Assembly (NCBI GenBank): GCA_002269645.1
Contig: NIVC01004530.1
Span: forward strand, 1-43,040
Direction of reading: 5' to 3'
Length of the DNA: 43,040 bases
From: Macrostomum lignano
Lineage: Eukaryota
The position numbers and the translations under genes are program-made. The stretch's first letter is position 1. Each line of letters opens with the position of its first letter. The notes under the pieces are model-generated. The model saw nothing but the letters and a program-made list of their open reading frames with translations. It was not told the DNA's origin and ran no database searches. This document shows, piece by piece, positions 22,104-33,543 of the stretch.

Positions 22104-23337
22104 AGTCCCTAAACAGGAAAATACAGCCTCTAAACAGAAAATGCAGTCTCTAAACAGACAATGCAGCCTCTAAATAGACAATGCAGCCTCTAAACAGAGA
22201 ATGCAGCCTCTAAATAGACAATGCAGCCTCTAAACAGAGAATGCAGCCTCTAAATAGACAATACAGCCTCTAAACAGACAATGCAGCCTCTAAACAGACA
22301 ATGCAGCCTCTAAACAGAGAATGCAGCCTCTAAATAGACAATGCAGCCTCTAAACAGAGAATGCAGCCTCTAAATAGACAATACAGCCTCTAAACAGACA
22401 ATACAGCCTCTAAACAGACAATACAGCCTCTAAACAGAGAATGCAGCCTCTAAACAGACAATACAGCCTCTAAATAGACAATGCAGCCTCTAAATAGACA
22501 ATGCAGCCTCTAAACAGACAATACAGCCTCTAAATAGACAATGCAGCCTCTAAACAGAGAATGCAGCCTCTAAATAGACAATGCAGCCTCTAAACAGAGA
22601 ATGCAGTTTCTAAATAGACAATACAGTCTCTAAACAGACAATACAGCCTCTAAACAGAGAATGCAGCCTCTAAATAGACAATACAGTCTCTAAACAGACA
22701 ATACAGCCTCTAAACAGAGAATGCAGCTTCTAAATAGACAATGCAGCCTCTAAACAGAGAATGCAGCCTCTAAATAGACAATACAGTCTCTAAACAGACA
22801 ATACAGCCTCTAAACAGAGAATGCAGCCTCTAAATAGACAATACAGTCTCTAAACAGACAATACAGCCTCTAAACAGAGAATGCAGCTTCTAAACAGACA
22901 ATGCAGCCTCTAAACAGAGAATGCAGCCTCTAAATAGACAATACAGTCTCTAAACAGACAATACAGCCTCTAAACAGAGAATGCAGCCTCTAAATAGACA
23001 ATACAGTCTCTAAACAGACAATGCAGCCTCTAAACAGAGAATGCAGCCTCTAAATAGACAATGCAGCCTCTAAACAGACAATACGGCCTCTAAACAGACA
23101 ATACAGCCTTTAAACAGACAATTCAGTCTCTAAACAGACAATTCAGTCTCTAAACAGACAATACAGTCTCTAAATAGGCAATACAGTCTCTAAACAGGCA
23201 ATACAGTCTCTAAATAGGCAATACAGTCTCTAAACAGACAATACAGCCTCTAAACAGACAATAAAGCCTCTAAACAGACAATACAGCCTCTAAACAGACC
23301 ATAAAGTACAGTCAGTAAACAGACAATAAAGCCTCTA
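22104..23337. repeat. 20-bp satellite array (~60 copies)
   Basis: Direct repeats. Confidence 0.97.
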
Positions 23338-23338
23338 A

Positions 23339-23657
23339 TACGTCAGTTTGAGGCAGGTATCTGACTTTAACTGGTTTTAAACCCCCCCCCGCGCCGGCCT
23401 GGCCTCGCTTTGGTGGGTTGGTGGGGTGCTGGTGCTCTGCGTGCGTGCAGGGCTTAGGGCAGCCTCCCCCCGCTCTGTGCTATTTAGTCACGCGTCGCGG
23501 CCGCTGAGTCGGCGTAATTTTGGCAAAATATTTTTTTCTCTTTTAAATTACAAAATCAATATATTTCGTCGCTTAAGGGGTTCGTTTTCCCTTTCTGGGC
23601 CGCGTCTGCCGGTCTTTTGTGCCACTTGCTTTTATTCTGCGTTAGTCTTTTGGGGTT
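23339..23657. other. Second copy of the ~320-bp GC-rich insertion
   Basis: Near-identical to 12712-13031, with a few substitutions (e.g. gcactgcgtg vs gctctgcgtg). Confidence 0.5.
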
Positions 23658-24579
23658 TAAACAGACCATAAAATACAGCCTCTAAACAGACCATAAAATA
23701 CAGTCAGTAAACAGAAATAGTACAGGTATAAGCAGGTCAAACATGTATGTATAATTGGAATTTATGAAGCAGCCCTCATTGAGAGTAGGTTGACTGCATC
23801 TTAACTGGGCTAAAAGAGTTTGTGAATGGTGTATAGGAGCTGCTCTATATACCCTGTGGTTCCAGACTCTAAAAGGAGCATTTGCAGTCAAGCTCTGTAG
23901 CAGCCTTAAGCAGAACTGAGCGACTCAATGTTTGGTTTGAGAATGAGTGTCTCTACATTTGCTTACACCGAATGCATGCAATTGAGCAGTGACGCGAGTC
24001 GGCAGGTAGTCAGGATGGCATATACATGTAAATTTTTGTACCGCTAAAGCTATACTGGCTGCTTGTCGATGGCATCATCTGCTGAAGCGACAGTCGATCC
24101 TTTTGTTAATAAATTATTACATTATTGCAAATTTTCACTTGCTACGCTCGTATTAGCAGCAGAAGATCATATCATATCATTTGAATAAATACATGGGTTG
24201 GTTTAAATATTGTTTTAACTGCTGAACGTCAATTTTCGGTTGTTTAAAATTTAATTAAAAGCACATTGTTTTTGTTGCCGTTTGCTTCTTTGTTAGTTAT
24301 AGCAGTTAAAAATGGATAAAACAGTTTTTTGTACTGTGTATAATAATCGTAAAACTTACAGAAATGTTTAATAGTTCGGCGAATTCATTCATGCAGTTTC
24401 GTATTGTTCTACTTTCAAAGTAAGCAAGTATGAAATGGTAAGTGTATATGCAACGGTCATTCTTTTTAATGACATGCTATGGCGAAAATTTGTACTTCGA
24501 ATATTTCATGGCATTAGAATATTCTGTTCACAAAACTTTGTACTGGTGCGGTTCACAAACTTATGCAGATGCCAGGCCA

Positions 24580-24660
24580 TAGGTTTGGTTTTAAGGTTAG
24601 GCTTGTATAGGGTTAGTGTTCAGATTGGCGTTAGAGCTAGGGTTAGGGTTAGGGTTTGTT
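24580..24660 (+). repeat. Degenerate telomere-like (TTAGGG) tract
   Basis: ...GCTAGGGTTAGGGTTAGGGTTTG. Related tracts at 29085-29165 and 29265-29300. Confidence 0.6.
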
Positions 24661-24957
24661 TATGACTTAGTTCATGTAGCTTATTTATTAATTAAAAATG
24701 TATTCCATTCTTTTTTCGTTCTGTATGCAAGTATGAAATGGTACGTGTATATGTAGGGTCCTTCTTTGTAATGACATCCTATGGCGGAAATGAATTTTAC
24801 TCCAAATATTTCACGTCATTAGAACATTCTGTTATCAAAACTTTTCACTGGTGCGTCATCGTTTCAAAAGTTCGAAAAATTAAATAAGTCTATCACGGAT
24901 TTTAATCAAAAGTCAAAAAACGTTCAGTAAATTGTTACTATTGTATTATTAAAATTT

Positions 24958-25775
24958 TTAGTCAATTTTCATTCTGCGTGGCGATGGCTGCTGCGGCTGC
25001 TGTTGCTGCGGCTGCTGTTGCTGCGGCTGCTGTTGCTGTGGCTGCTGTTGCTGCGGCTGCTGTTGCTGCGGCTGCTGTTGCTGCGGCTGCTGTTGCTGCG
25101 GCTGCTGTTGCTGCGGCTGCTGTTGCTGCGGCTGCTGTTGCTGCGGCTGCTGTTGCTGCGGCTGCTGTTGCTGCGGCTGCTGTTGCTGCGGCTGCTGTTG
25201 CTGCGGCTGCTGTTGCTGCGGCTGCTGTTGCTGCGGCTGCTGTTGCTGTGGCTGCTGTTGCTGCGGCTGCTGTTGCTGCGGCTGCTGTTGCTGCGGCTGC
25301 TGTTGCTGCGGCTGCTGTTGCTGTGGCTGCTGTTGCTGCGGCTGCTGTTGCTGCGGCTGCTGTTGCTGCGGCTGCTGTTGCTGCGGCTGCTGTTGCTGCG
25401 GCTGCTGTTGCTGCGGCTGCTGTTGCTGCGGCTGCTGTTGCTGCGGCTGCTGTTGCTGTGGCTGCTGTTGCTGCGGCTGCTGTTGCTGCGGCTGCTGTTG
25501 CTGCGGCTGCTGTTGCTGCGGCTGCTGTTGCTGTGGCTGCTGTTGCTGTGGCTGCTGTTGCTGCGGCTGCTGTTGCTGCGGCTGCTGTTGCTGCGGCTGC
25601 TGTTGCTGCGGCTGCTGTTGCTGCGGCTGCTGTTGCTGCGGCTGCTGTTGCTGCGGCTGCTGTTGCTGCGGCTGCTGTTGCTGCGGCTGCTGTTGCTGCT
25701 GCAAATGGCGGGCGGCGGCCTTCATAGCGTTACAGCTGGCTACGCGGTGGCGGCCTCCGCAGAAGAAACAAACAA
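24958..25775 (-). pseudogene. Knuckle/polyQ gene, copy 4: exon 2 only, with expanded (QQQQP)n
   Basis: The 15-bp unit GCTGCTGTTGCTGCG is repeated ~47 times (~24985-25695). The RG-rich exon 1 is deleted (the sequence jumps from acaattagat to gactct). Confidence 0.7.
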
Positions 25776-26639
25776 CTGGCAATTAAAAGAGGAGAAAATT
25801 TTTGCAAATTTATCAGTAATAATACGAGTAGCATGAAAGTCAGTAACAGGCTACAATTAGATGACTCTAATATAGAAATATATGACTCTAAATGTATAAA
25901 TCAGACTATATAAGCACTGAAACTGAGGTGTAGGGGCGAATAAAATAGGGGTTATGGGTTGTGCGTCGTCGCTTCGCTGAGCCTTAGGGTGGTTTTCTGT
26001 ACAAGTCTGAGGCTTCCTATTGGTCGGTTGTGCAAGCGAGGGTGTGCAGGTCGGGGCTTTAGAGCGGCGATTGGTCTACAAATTGTCTAGCGTACTGGTG
26101 GCCATGCAGCCTGACTTGAGGGTCGCCTGTTTTTCTTTCCCGGCTTAGAAGGTGCGAAAATGGCTGAACCAGTCAGCCGCGCCATACAAGTTTTGTTTGT
26201 ACAGTGAAGTACATGCAACCGCGAACTCTTAAAGTATTGCCTACACTTGCTGAGTCAGTCGGTGAGAATTGTGTCACCATAAAACGAGATAGCAAACAAT
26301 CAAAAGTATCAGGTGAGAAAAGTGAGGAGACCTTAGCTTACAGCAGAGGGTGCAGTGTGTGCTTTAATGCTGGGCACGGGAGTGATTGGGGTGGGTTGTG
26401 TGTCCAGCCAATTAGATTGTGTAATAAAAATAAAAATGAATGCAAAATTGAGTACAATGTACTGGGCTGGAGGGGAGGTGGTGTTTTTTCGTGGCTACTT
26501 TTATTTCAACATATATACTTTGTGATTTGTTGAGCCTATTTTGTTGTCTTAAAGTTAAAGCTTATCATTGCTTAGAAAAAGTTTGATTGATACTTTTTAT
26601 CAGTTCCTTTTTCGACTGTTGGATAATTCTTTGTGCAAA

Positions 26640-27844
26640 ATGGCCTCTTATTCACAGTCACCTTTGAAAAAGAAGTCGAAGAAGGATGGGATTGCAGGTC
26701 TGACAGCTGGTCAAATGCCTACGCCTGTCACTGGCCTTGTGACGAACCTGAAAGACGTTCACACGTATAATAACAACAAAGGTCAGGGCCAAGTGTTTTC
26801 GTTCATCTTGGTGGACGACTCATCTGAGATGCGAGTCAGCGTCTTCGGTAAGGACCTGCAAGCTGTCTGGGAAGTTTGCAACGATGCTGAAGCCGTTCGC
26901 ATATCCGGCGGGATGGTGAAGACTGCCAAGCCAGAGTACAAGTGTACGGACAATCCACTTGAGATGACCGTTTCCGTGGATTCCAAGGGCTTCATCTAAA
27001 GAAGCAACGAAGTGCCGGTTGCTCGAGATCCAGTAATTAATTACACTAGTCAACTGCAACAGACTGGATTGGACAGGTGAGTGACTAATTGATTTAGTAG
27101 TTTTCGTCATGTATTAGTGCTCAAATATCGCGGAGTTAAAGTACATGTAATCGTGTTTTTGGGTGACAGTTAGTTTGTCTTGTGTTTGAAAATATTTATC
27201 ATCGCAACACTGTACGAAGCCTGGGTTATTAGTTTCATGATGCTCCTGTTAGTGTACAAATACTTTAGAAATCTAATGTGATGCTTAAGTTAGTGTGTAA
27301 ATAGTTAAAAAAAGTACTGCTCCCTTTCACTATCAGAATCGTCGATGTGCTGGGAGTGATCGACGCCAGGCAACCGCCTGAAAAAGTCCGAACGCGTGCT
27401 GGGAAGAAGGTTAACGTAGCCAAAGTGACTTTGGTTGACCGAACCTTCGGCTCTGTAAGCTGCACGTTTTGGGGTTCGTCGTCAGCTCAAGTGGACAGGT
27501 GGAACATCGGCGATGTTTTGTCCATAAGAAGAGCAAAGGTGCAGGAGTATTCGGGCTCCGTCACGTTGGGATGCTCGAACTCTGACGTAAAATGCAACAG
27601 TGACGATGGTGAAGCCAGAGTCTTGGCTGACTGGTATAGGAATGCAAAGGAAGGCGATACCCGATTTGACGAGTGTCGACGGGTGATGACCGGAGTCAGT
27701 TTCACCGCAGTGGAGGTGCCGACTGTCAGGATGAGTCGAGCAGAATGTCGTTCGATGATCACAGCGTACAGAACAGCACTTCGTATCAGTGAGTTGCCAC
27801 AGTTGGCGCGTGCCACTTTTTTGACCCGAGCGTCTGATGGCTGA
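26640..27844 (+). pseudogene. RPA70-like gene, copy 4, with a 372-bp in-frame deletion fusing exon 2 to exon 3
   Basis: Same TAA at 26997-26999. The junction GATACCCGATTTGA|CGAGTGTCG removes the equivalent of 10390-10761. Confidence 0.85.
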
Positions 27845-28021
27845 GAGTGAAATCAAAGTCGCGTAGAGTCTCAATGAACTGATAGCCCTGAGAGAGCACA
27901 TTGAGTAAATCCTATTTACGAGGAATGTTTCATAAATTCCTCCTTATACTCATAGGGACATAAATATAACAGTACTTAAAGTAGAAATTACACAATAAAT
28001 ACAGTCTTTTAACAGAATGAT

Positions 28022-28215
28022 GCAGTCCCTAAACAGGCAATACAGCCTCTAAACACACAATACAGCTTTTAAACAGACAATACAGTCGTTTAACAGACAA
28101 TACAGCCTCTAAACAGACAATACAGTCGTTTAACAGACAATACAGCCTCTAAACAGACAATAATACAGTCACTAATACAGCCTCTAAACAGACCATAAAA
28201 TACAGTCAGTAAACA
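28022..28215. repeat. 20-bp satellite, short array (~10 copies)
   Basis: Direct repeats. Confidence 0.9.
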
Positions 28216-29383
28216 GATATAGTACAGGTATAAGCAGGTCAAACCTGTATGTATAATTGGAATTTATGAAGCAGCCCTCATTGAGAGTAGGTTGACTGCA
28301 TCTTAACTGGGCTAAAAGAGTTTGTGAATGGTGTATAGGAGCTGCTCTGTATACCCTGTGGTTCCAGACTCTAAAAGGAGCATTTGCAGTCAAGCTCTGT
28401 AGCAGCCTTAAGCAGAGCGGAGCGACTTAATGTTTGGTTTGAGAATGAATGTCTCTACATTTGCTTACACCGAATGCATGCAATTGAGCAGTGACGCGAG
28501 TCGGCAGGTAGTCAGGATGGCATATACATGTAAATTTTTGTACCGCTAAAGCTATACTGGCTGCTTGTCGATGGCACCATCTGCCGAAGCGACAGTCGAT
28601 CCTTTTGTTAATAAATTATTACATTATTGCAAATTTTCACTTGCTACGCTCGTATTAGCAGCAGAAGATCATATCATATCATTTGAATAAATACATGGGT
28701 TGGTTTAAATATTGTTTTAACTGCTGAACGTCAATTTTCGGTTGTTTAAAATTTAATTAAAAGCACATTGTTTTTGTTGCCGTTTGCTTCTTTGTTAGTT
28801 ATAGCAGTTAAAAATGGATAAAACAGTTTTTTGTACTGTGTATAATAATCGTAAAACTTACAGAAATGTTTAATAGTTCGGCGAATTCATTCATGCAGTT
28901 TCGTATTGTCCTACACTTAAAGTATTCAAGTATTAAATGGTAGGCGTATATGCACGTTCTTTGTAGTGATGTGCTATCGCGGAAATAAATAAAGCTTCAA
29001 ATATTTCATGTCACTGAGAATATTCTGTTCACAAAAATTTGGTGCTTTAGCGCTTCACAAACTTATGCAAATGTCAGGCTGTAGGGTTGGTGTTAGGGTT
29101 TCAAGGTTTAGTGTTAGGTTCAGGGTATAGCGTTAAGATTTGGCTTAGGGCTAGGGTTAGGGTAGCTTATAACTTAGCTCATGTAGCCTATTAAAATGTT
29201 TATGGAAGCGTCATGCAAAAAAATAATGCAAGCATCATGCAAAAACTCGTGAACAAAATATTAAATTTAGGGTTATGGTTAGGGTTGGGGTTATGGTTAG
29301 AAGTTTGACAGGAGATTTTTTAAGATTTCAAGGCTTAGCTACATGTTGCTTATTAAAAAAACCTGTATTGCATTTCTTTTGCT

Positions 29384-29409
29384 CCCCAACGGGGGGCGTT
29401 GATTGCTAG
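29384..29409 (+). mobile_element. Outer Helitron 3' terminus
   Basis: CCCC-AAC-GGGG + GGCGTTGATTG (11 nt) + CTAG followed by T. Confidence 0.75.
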
Positions 29410-29636
29410 TCACGGACTAAAAGGCGGAATAAAGGAAAAACGCGCTGCGTAACTCACAAAAAGATATTAGCACAATTAACCTTACAGTAAATATTGCGTA
29501 CCTCCAGAGTGTTCGGTAGGGCTTTTCTCCATCGCTCTCGCTCAACCGAGTCCTTTGGAAACAGATGGACTTTCGTAACTAATCCTTCGGACTCGTAATT
29601 TGACTTACAGCCAACAACGCTGCACTTTCTTGGCAT
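29410..29636 (-). pseudogene. THAP/P-like transposase exon 1 (29636-29502), intron (29501-29417) and first 7 nt of exon 2
   Basis: MPRKCSVVGCKSNY...VHLFPKD..ERERWRKALPN is a THAP N-terminal half. GTACGC donor; polypyrimidine tract + TTTTAG acceptor. Confidence 0.8.
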
Positions 29637-29935
29637 TTTAAGCCAACAACAGAAGCAGAAAAAGAAACTTAGCTGCTATAATGCCAGCGTCTATTGCTAG
29701 CCTGCAGTCGATATACGCTCGTAGCTGTAGCACAAGCTGTAGCTGATAAACAATAACCGTAAACAACAATTAAGTAACACAGTATCGCTCCATGCAAATA
29801 AGTCAGCCAGTCATCCTCGCTGCTAATAACAAACCAGCCTCGTAAAAAATTGTTATGATTTGCCTATTTTCTCGTCCCCGTATTTGAGTAGTCCATGGGT
29901 GTATTAAAAAAGTTTTAGTATATTCTTTGTTGGCT

Positions 29936-29957
29936 CCCCAACGGGGGGCGCTGATTG
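29936..29957 (+). mobile_element. Decayed Helitron 3' terminus (CTAG lost)
   Basis: CCCC-AAC-GGGG-GGCGCTGATTG, then ATTC instead of CTAG. Confidence 0.45.
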
Positions 29958-30989
29958 ATTCAGCATCAAATAATGGCTCCTTAAAGTACTGTCAACCGTC
30001 TCCAAACGACGGACCGACGACCGACTGATTGAACCGTCCAGAATCAGTATGTATTCAGTTGATCTTGTGAACCAAGACAGCCTTAATAGGTCTCAGACAA
30101 AAATACCGTCTTGTTTTTGTAGCATTTTTCAATGATATTGAATGTTATAATAAAGTTAAATAAGTAAGCAATTTCTCTAACATTTTCGGTGTTCTTTTGC
30201 GTAAACATGCGTACCGACTTGCTGAATGCATCAGATGGTTCTTGCATAAAATATTCCATATCTATGCTCATATATATGTTTAGGACTTTCTAAATTAATG
30301 AAATGTATTCCAAAATAGTTTTCGAGACACGCTGGTGAAATAAAAAAACAATTATTTATCAGCAACCACTAGAAATCGGTGACCCAAATAATGGGCAGGT
30401 ATGACTGCCAAACAATTTTAAGATATTTATTTAAGATATGGTGCCTCAGAAAGCGAAGGAAGGTTGATATTTTGGCTATACGAGTTTTTGCGCGAATTTG
30501 TTATTCAGTCAGCGATGGAGCACGACTGCACAGTTTTGTGTGATAACTTTGTTAAGCGAGGCAGAAGTGTGGAATTGCAGGAGTGAGGAAAAGGTGCTCG
30601 CTTGAGAGCTAGGCTGTTAACATTTATTATTTAGCACTGAGGTGGTGGGTGCAGACAGATTCAAACGCGCGCATGGGGTGGGGTGGAATAAAATACAATC
30701 TCTAAGCCGATCAATAACAACTCCACTGCTAGTGAGTCAACACTACAGTGCATGCAACCTATAGCAAAGTTCATCGTGTCACTATGTCACATTTTGAATG
30801 CTGTGGTAACCACGGTTAATAAATACATCCAACCAGGGTCACTAGATTTCGTAGTTATTAAACCGGTTAAATAATTATGAGAATAAACGTCCCGCTGCAT
30901 TGCTATATGACGGATATTAGATACTCTCTTTGACGCCCTGTGTGCATCATAACGCTCATAGTCGGACAGAGTCAAAGCAATACTATTGA

Positions 30990-32400
30990 ATCACGACTTA
31001 GCTGCAGGGGGTTCCGGGCATCCGGATATAGTCGAGGAGGTGGATGCTGGCTCGCCGGTAGTTCTTAGGTAGTGGTTTGGGCCGAGGCAGGTGAGCCTGT
31101 CCTGAGTAAAAGCGAGGAAATTCGCAAATGAAGTCCTCCGCATTTTGAACACCGGAGAGGCAGAATAGGCGATTCTCACAATAGATTTTTTCTGGAGGTA
31201 AGGATGACTCAAAAAATAGCCATGACCCGAGAGGACCATTGACTCCAAGCAGGACGATGCGGAAGTGAAGTTAGACGGATTGGTAGAACTGCTTTGCCAT
31301 CGTCAGAAATCGAGGCTGTAATGACCATATGGTTGGTGATAATGTGATTGCATTAAATTACGCAGATGTCTCTGTCTAAAAGACCTGGTCTATGCAAAGC
31401 TTTGAGATGGGTATGCACGAATATGGATGCTCTTTGGTTTCAAGGGGTCCTAGGAAACAGTCGAAACCAGCAGGAATATTCAAAATCTTAGATTTCTTCG
31501 CATAGGGCTCCTGAAGTAAGATAACACCAGGTTTAGTGAAATTCGCCACCTGCATCAGGTTGCTCGAGGCCGCGATGCAGTCGTGCATGTTAAGATGCAG
31601 GAATTCCACCCCGGAAATTCCGCGGGTGGTCCGCGCAGCTTCCTGCTGACTTGAAGCGAGTTGTTTTTTCCGCCTCACTGATGGTTTTCATGGTCGAGGG
31701 CGGAGCCGCAACCGGGACAGCATCCGCATCCGCATACTCGGCCAAGTTTTTGATGGGGGCGCAGTGGTGGCACTGGACTAGGGGTTGCTGCAGTTTTGGA
31801 CCATGTCGGCATCCCCGCAGCTACCTCGCGTGCTGAGTAAGACCAGAGCTTCGGCCGAACCTGAAGCTTCTCGCTTCCCGCCGTAGATACTCTATGGGAT
31901 TAAACGTCCTCAGCCCGTGATGAATCCTCCGATCGCTTCTTGGTGGTAACAGCTTGTGGCATACCGAATTTGATAATGCTTGTTGATTTCTGTCTAAGTC
32001 TAGTCCCCTCTAGAAATGCAGTCATAAAGTCTGGTGCACGAAGTCCCTTTCTGCCTTGCAGTGCACACATCATGTTTGATGCTCCTAAAGTAATTTTCCG
32101 CAGTCACATTTACCACGATTTCGTCAGCTCAAATTGGCTTGGTGCTTTAGACACAAAATGGTTTCAAATAGGAGCCAGAGGAAGCCACTTATCAACAAGC
32201 AGCTCAGTCAACTTTCAAAATGCAGCGGATTCGTAGTTGGGCCGTCTTCATTCGTGGCGTCACGAAAAACACTGCTGAGAAACTCGACAAAAGTAATTGC
32301 AGTCTCCTTGAACGAAGACTTGCTGGACACCTTGTCTTCATCTGGAACATCAATTGTTTGCCAGAGAATGTTCGCCACTCGTTCAGCTAGCCATCTCAGC
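30990..32400 (-). mobile_element. Degenerate non-LTR retrotransposon: ORF1 3' part with decayed knuckles and ORF2 APE endonuclease N-terminus
   Basis: FLHLNMHDCIAASSNL...VILLQEPY matches APE motifs I-II. Upstream are QCHHC and other broken Cys/His clusters. Many stops and frameshifts. Confidence 0.6.
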
Positions 32401-32499
32401 ACATGAGGGACGGCTCATCGTAAACAAAATAGTTCAAGTTCAAATTATTTTATTTTGGCATGCAGAATTTAACCCACACAGTGCCACATACCAATCCGT

Positions 32500-32970
32500 T
32501 ATCCATCCCGCCACCTATATCCATCACTATGTACTAAATCGTCATCATCATCATCATCCACCTGTATCGAATGTCAAAGTCATCACTATGTACCGGGTAA
32601 TAAATCTCTTATCCATACTGTCCGTGTAGAACGCTCCACAGACTGAAAGCCTCAACCAATTTTATGGTGTTTTCGCGTTATCTCGCATTAAATATTCGAA
32701 AAACATTTTTTTGCCTCGGAATTCCCCTTCTCACTGAAAGAGAAGCTTCGCGACTGCCAATTTGTCTGACTTAACTGAGATTTTATCAACATCCCTGCCT
32801 ATTTCACCAGTGTATTTCATTTAATCTAGGCTGATTTGTGTGCAGAAAGGAGTGACGGGCTGTTGGCTTAGCTCGTATTAGCAGTGCAAAGGCATGTGTG
32901 TACTTTTGGCTGACTGATTTTCATCGCCTCCCATTATGCTGAGAATGCCCACTGTTTCAGCTAACTGATT
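32500..32970 (+). mobile_element. Helitron-type 5' fragment related to 2323-2700 and 5668-5900
   Basis: CCACCTATAT...ACTATGTACTAAATC, (TCA)n, CTCAACCAATTTT and TAAATATTCGAAAAAC. No 3' terminus seen. Confidence 0.45.
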
Positions 32971-32974
32971 GTTA

Positions 32975-33542
32975 TTGCAGTGGCCCGAGCGTATGCGGGC
33001 GAGAAGCACAGCGTCAGCACGATCGGTGATGAAGCCATCTTCAAGTTGGCGGTTGAGCTGGCTGTAGGTGAGGCGAGAGCGGTCGTGGCTGATCGGTGGG
33101 TCTTGGAGGACACGGAAGATAGCGTTTTTAGCGCTGCGCAGGCTGACCGGGCAGGGGGAGGGAGGTCCAGCGCGGTGGCCTCCTTGGCGGCGAGGTCGGC
33201 GAGTTAGTTACCGGTGATGTTTTGGTGGCCGGGGACCCATTGCCAGATGATGTCAACGGTGGAGGAGGGCAGCTGGGCTCTGATGGTGGGGCTGCCGCTG
33301 GCAAGCGCACGGAGGAGGGCCTGGCTGTCCGTGCAGATGCTGATGGCACCCAAGGTGACGGATTAATTGATCCAGTTCATGGCGAGAGCAGCGGCTCGGA
33401 CCTCCTCCTCGAAAGACGATGTGGAGGGAGCGCCGCGTTGACGGAAGGTGTCCTGGATGGTCGGATTCTCAGGGTCGCCGACGGTGACGACGGCCGCGGT
33501 GCCTCCGCAGGACGTGCCCCCGGCAGCCGAGCCGTCACAGTA
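32975..33542 (-). mobile_element. LINE (I/Ingi-like group) RNase H fragment C, degenerate
   Basis: YCDGSAAGG...TSSFEEE...ICTDSQA...WQWVPGHQNITGN*LAD...LLARIRSGHC. Confidence 0.75.
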
Positions 33543-33543
33543 G

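Larger units (their letters stand above)
6808..29000. repeat. Tandem array of gene-containing units (periods 6023, 4965, 5661, 4502 bp, plus a partial fifth unit)
   Basis: The same marker ORF recurs at 7033, 13056, 18021, 23682 and 28184. Units 1-3 are near-identical outside the satellite; units 4-5 have a variant body. Confidence 0.97.
2323..29409 (+). mobile_element. Composite/nested non-autonomous Helitron block (27,087 bp)
   Basis: Starts TCCACCTATACTAAA and ends CCCC-AAC-GGGG + 11 nt + CTAG followed by T. No TSD. Excision rejoins the flanking THAP exon in frame. No Rep/Hel ORF inside. Confidence 0.75.

Noticed and set aside
24580-24660. True chromosome end
   Set aside because: Only 3-4 perfect TTAGGG units, embedded internally and followed by kilobases of other sequence.
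2323-29409. Autonomous Helitron or Maverick/Polinton
   Set aside because: No HUH Rep motifs, PIF1 helicase, pPolB, integrase, capsid ORFs, long TIRs or TSD were found in the block.
30083-30975. Short ORFs at 30083-30271 and 30787-30975
   Set aside because: No recognisable motifs or convincing splice context.
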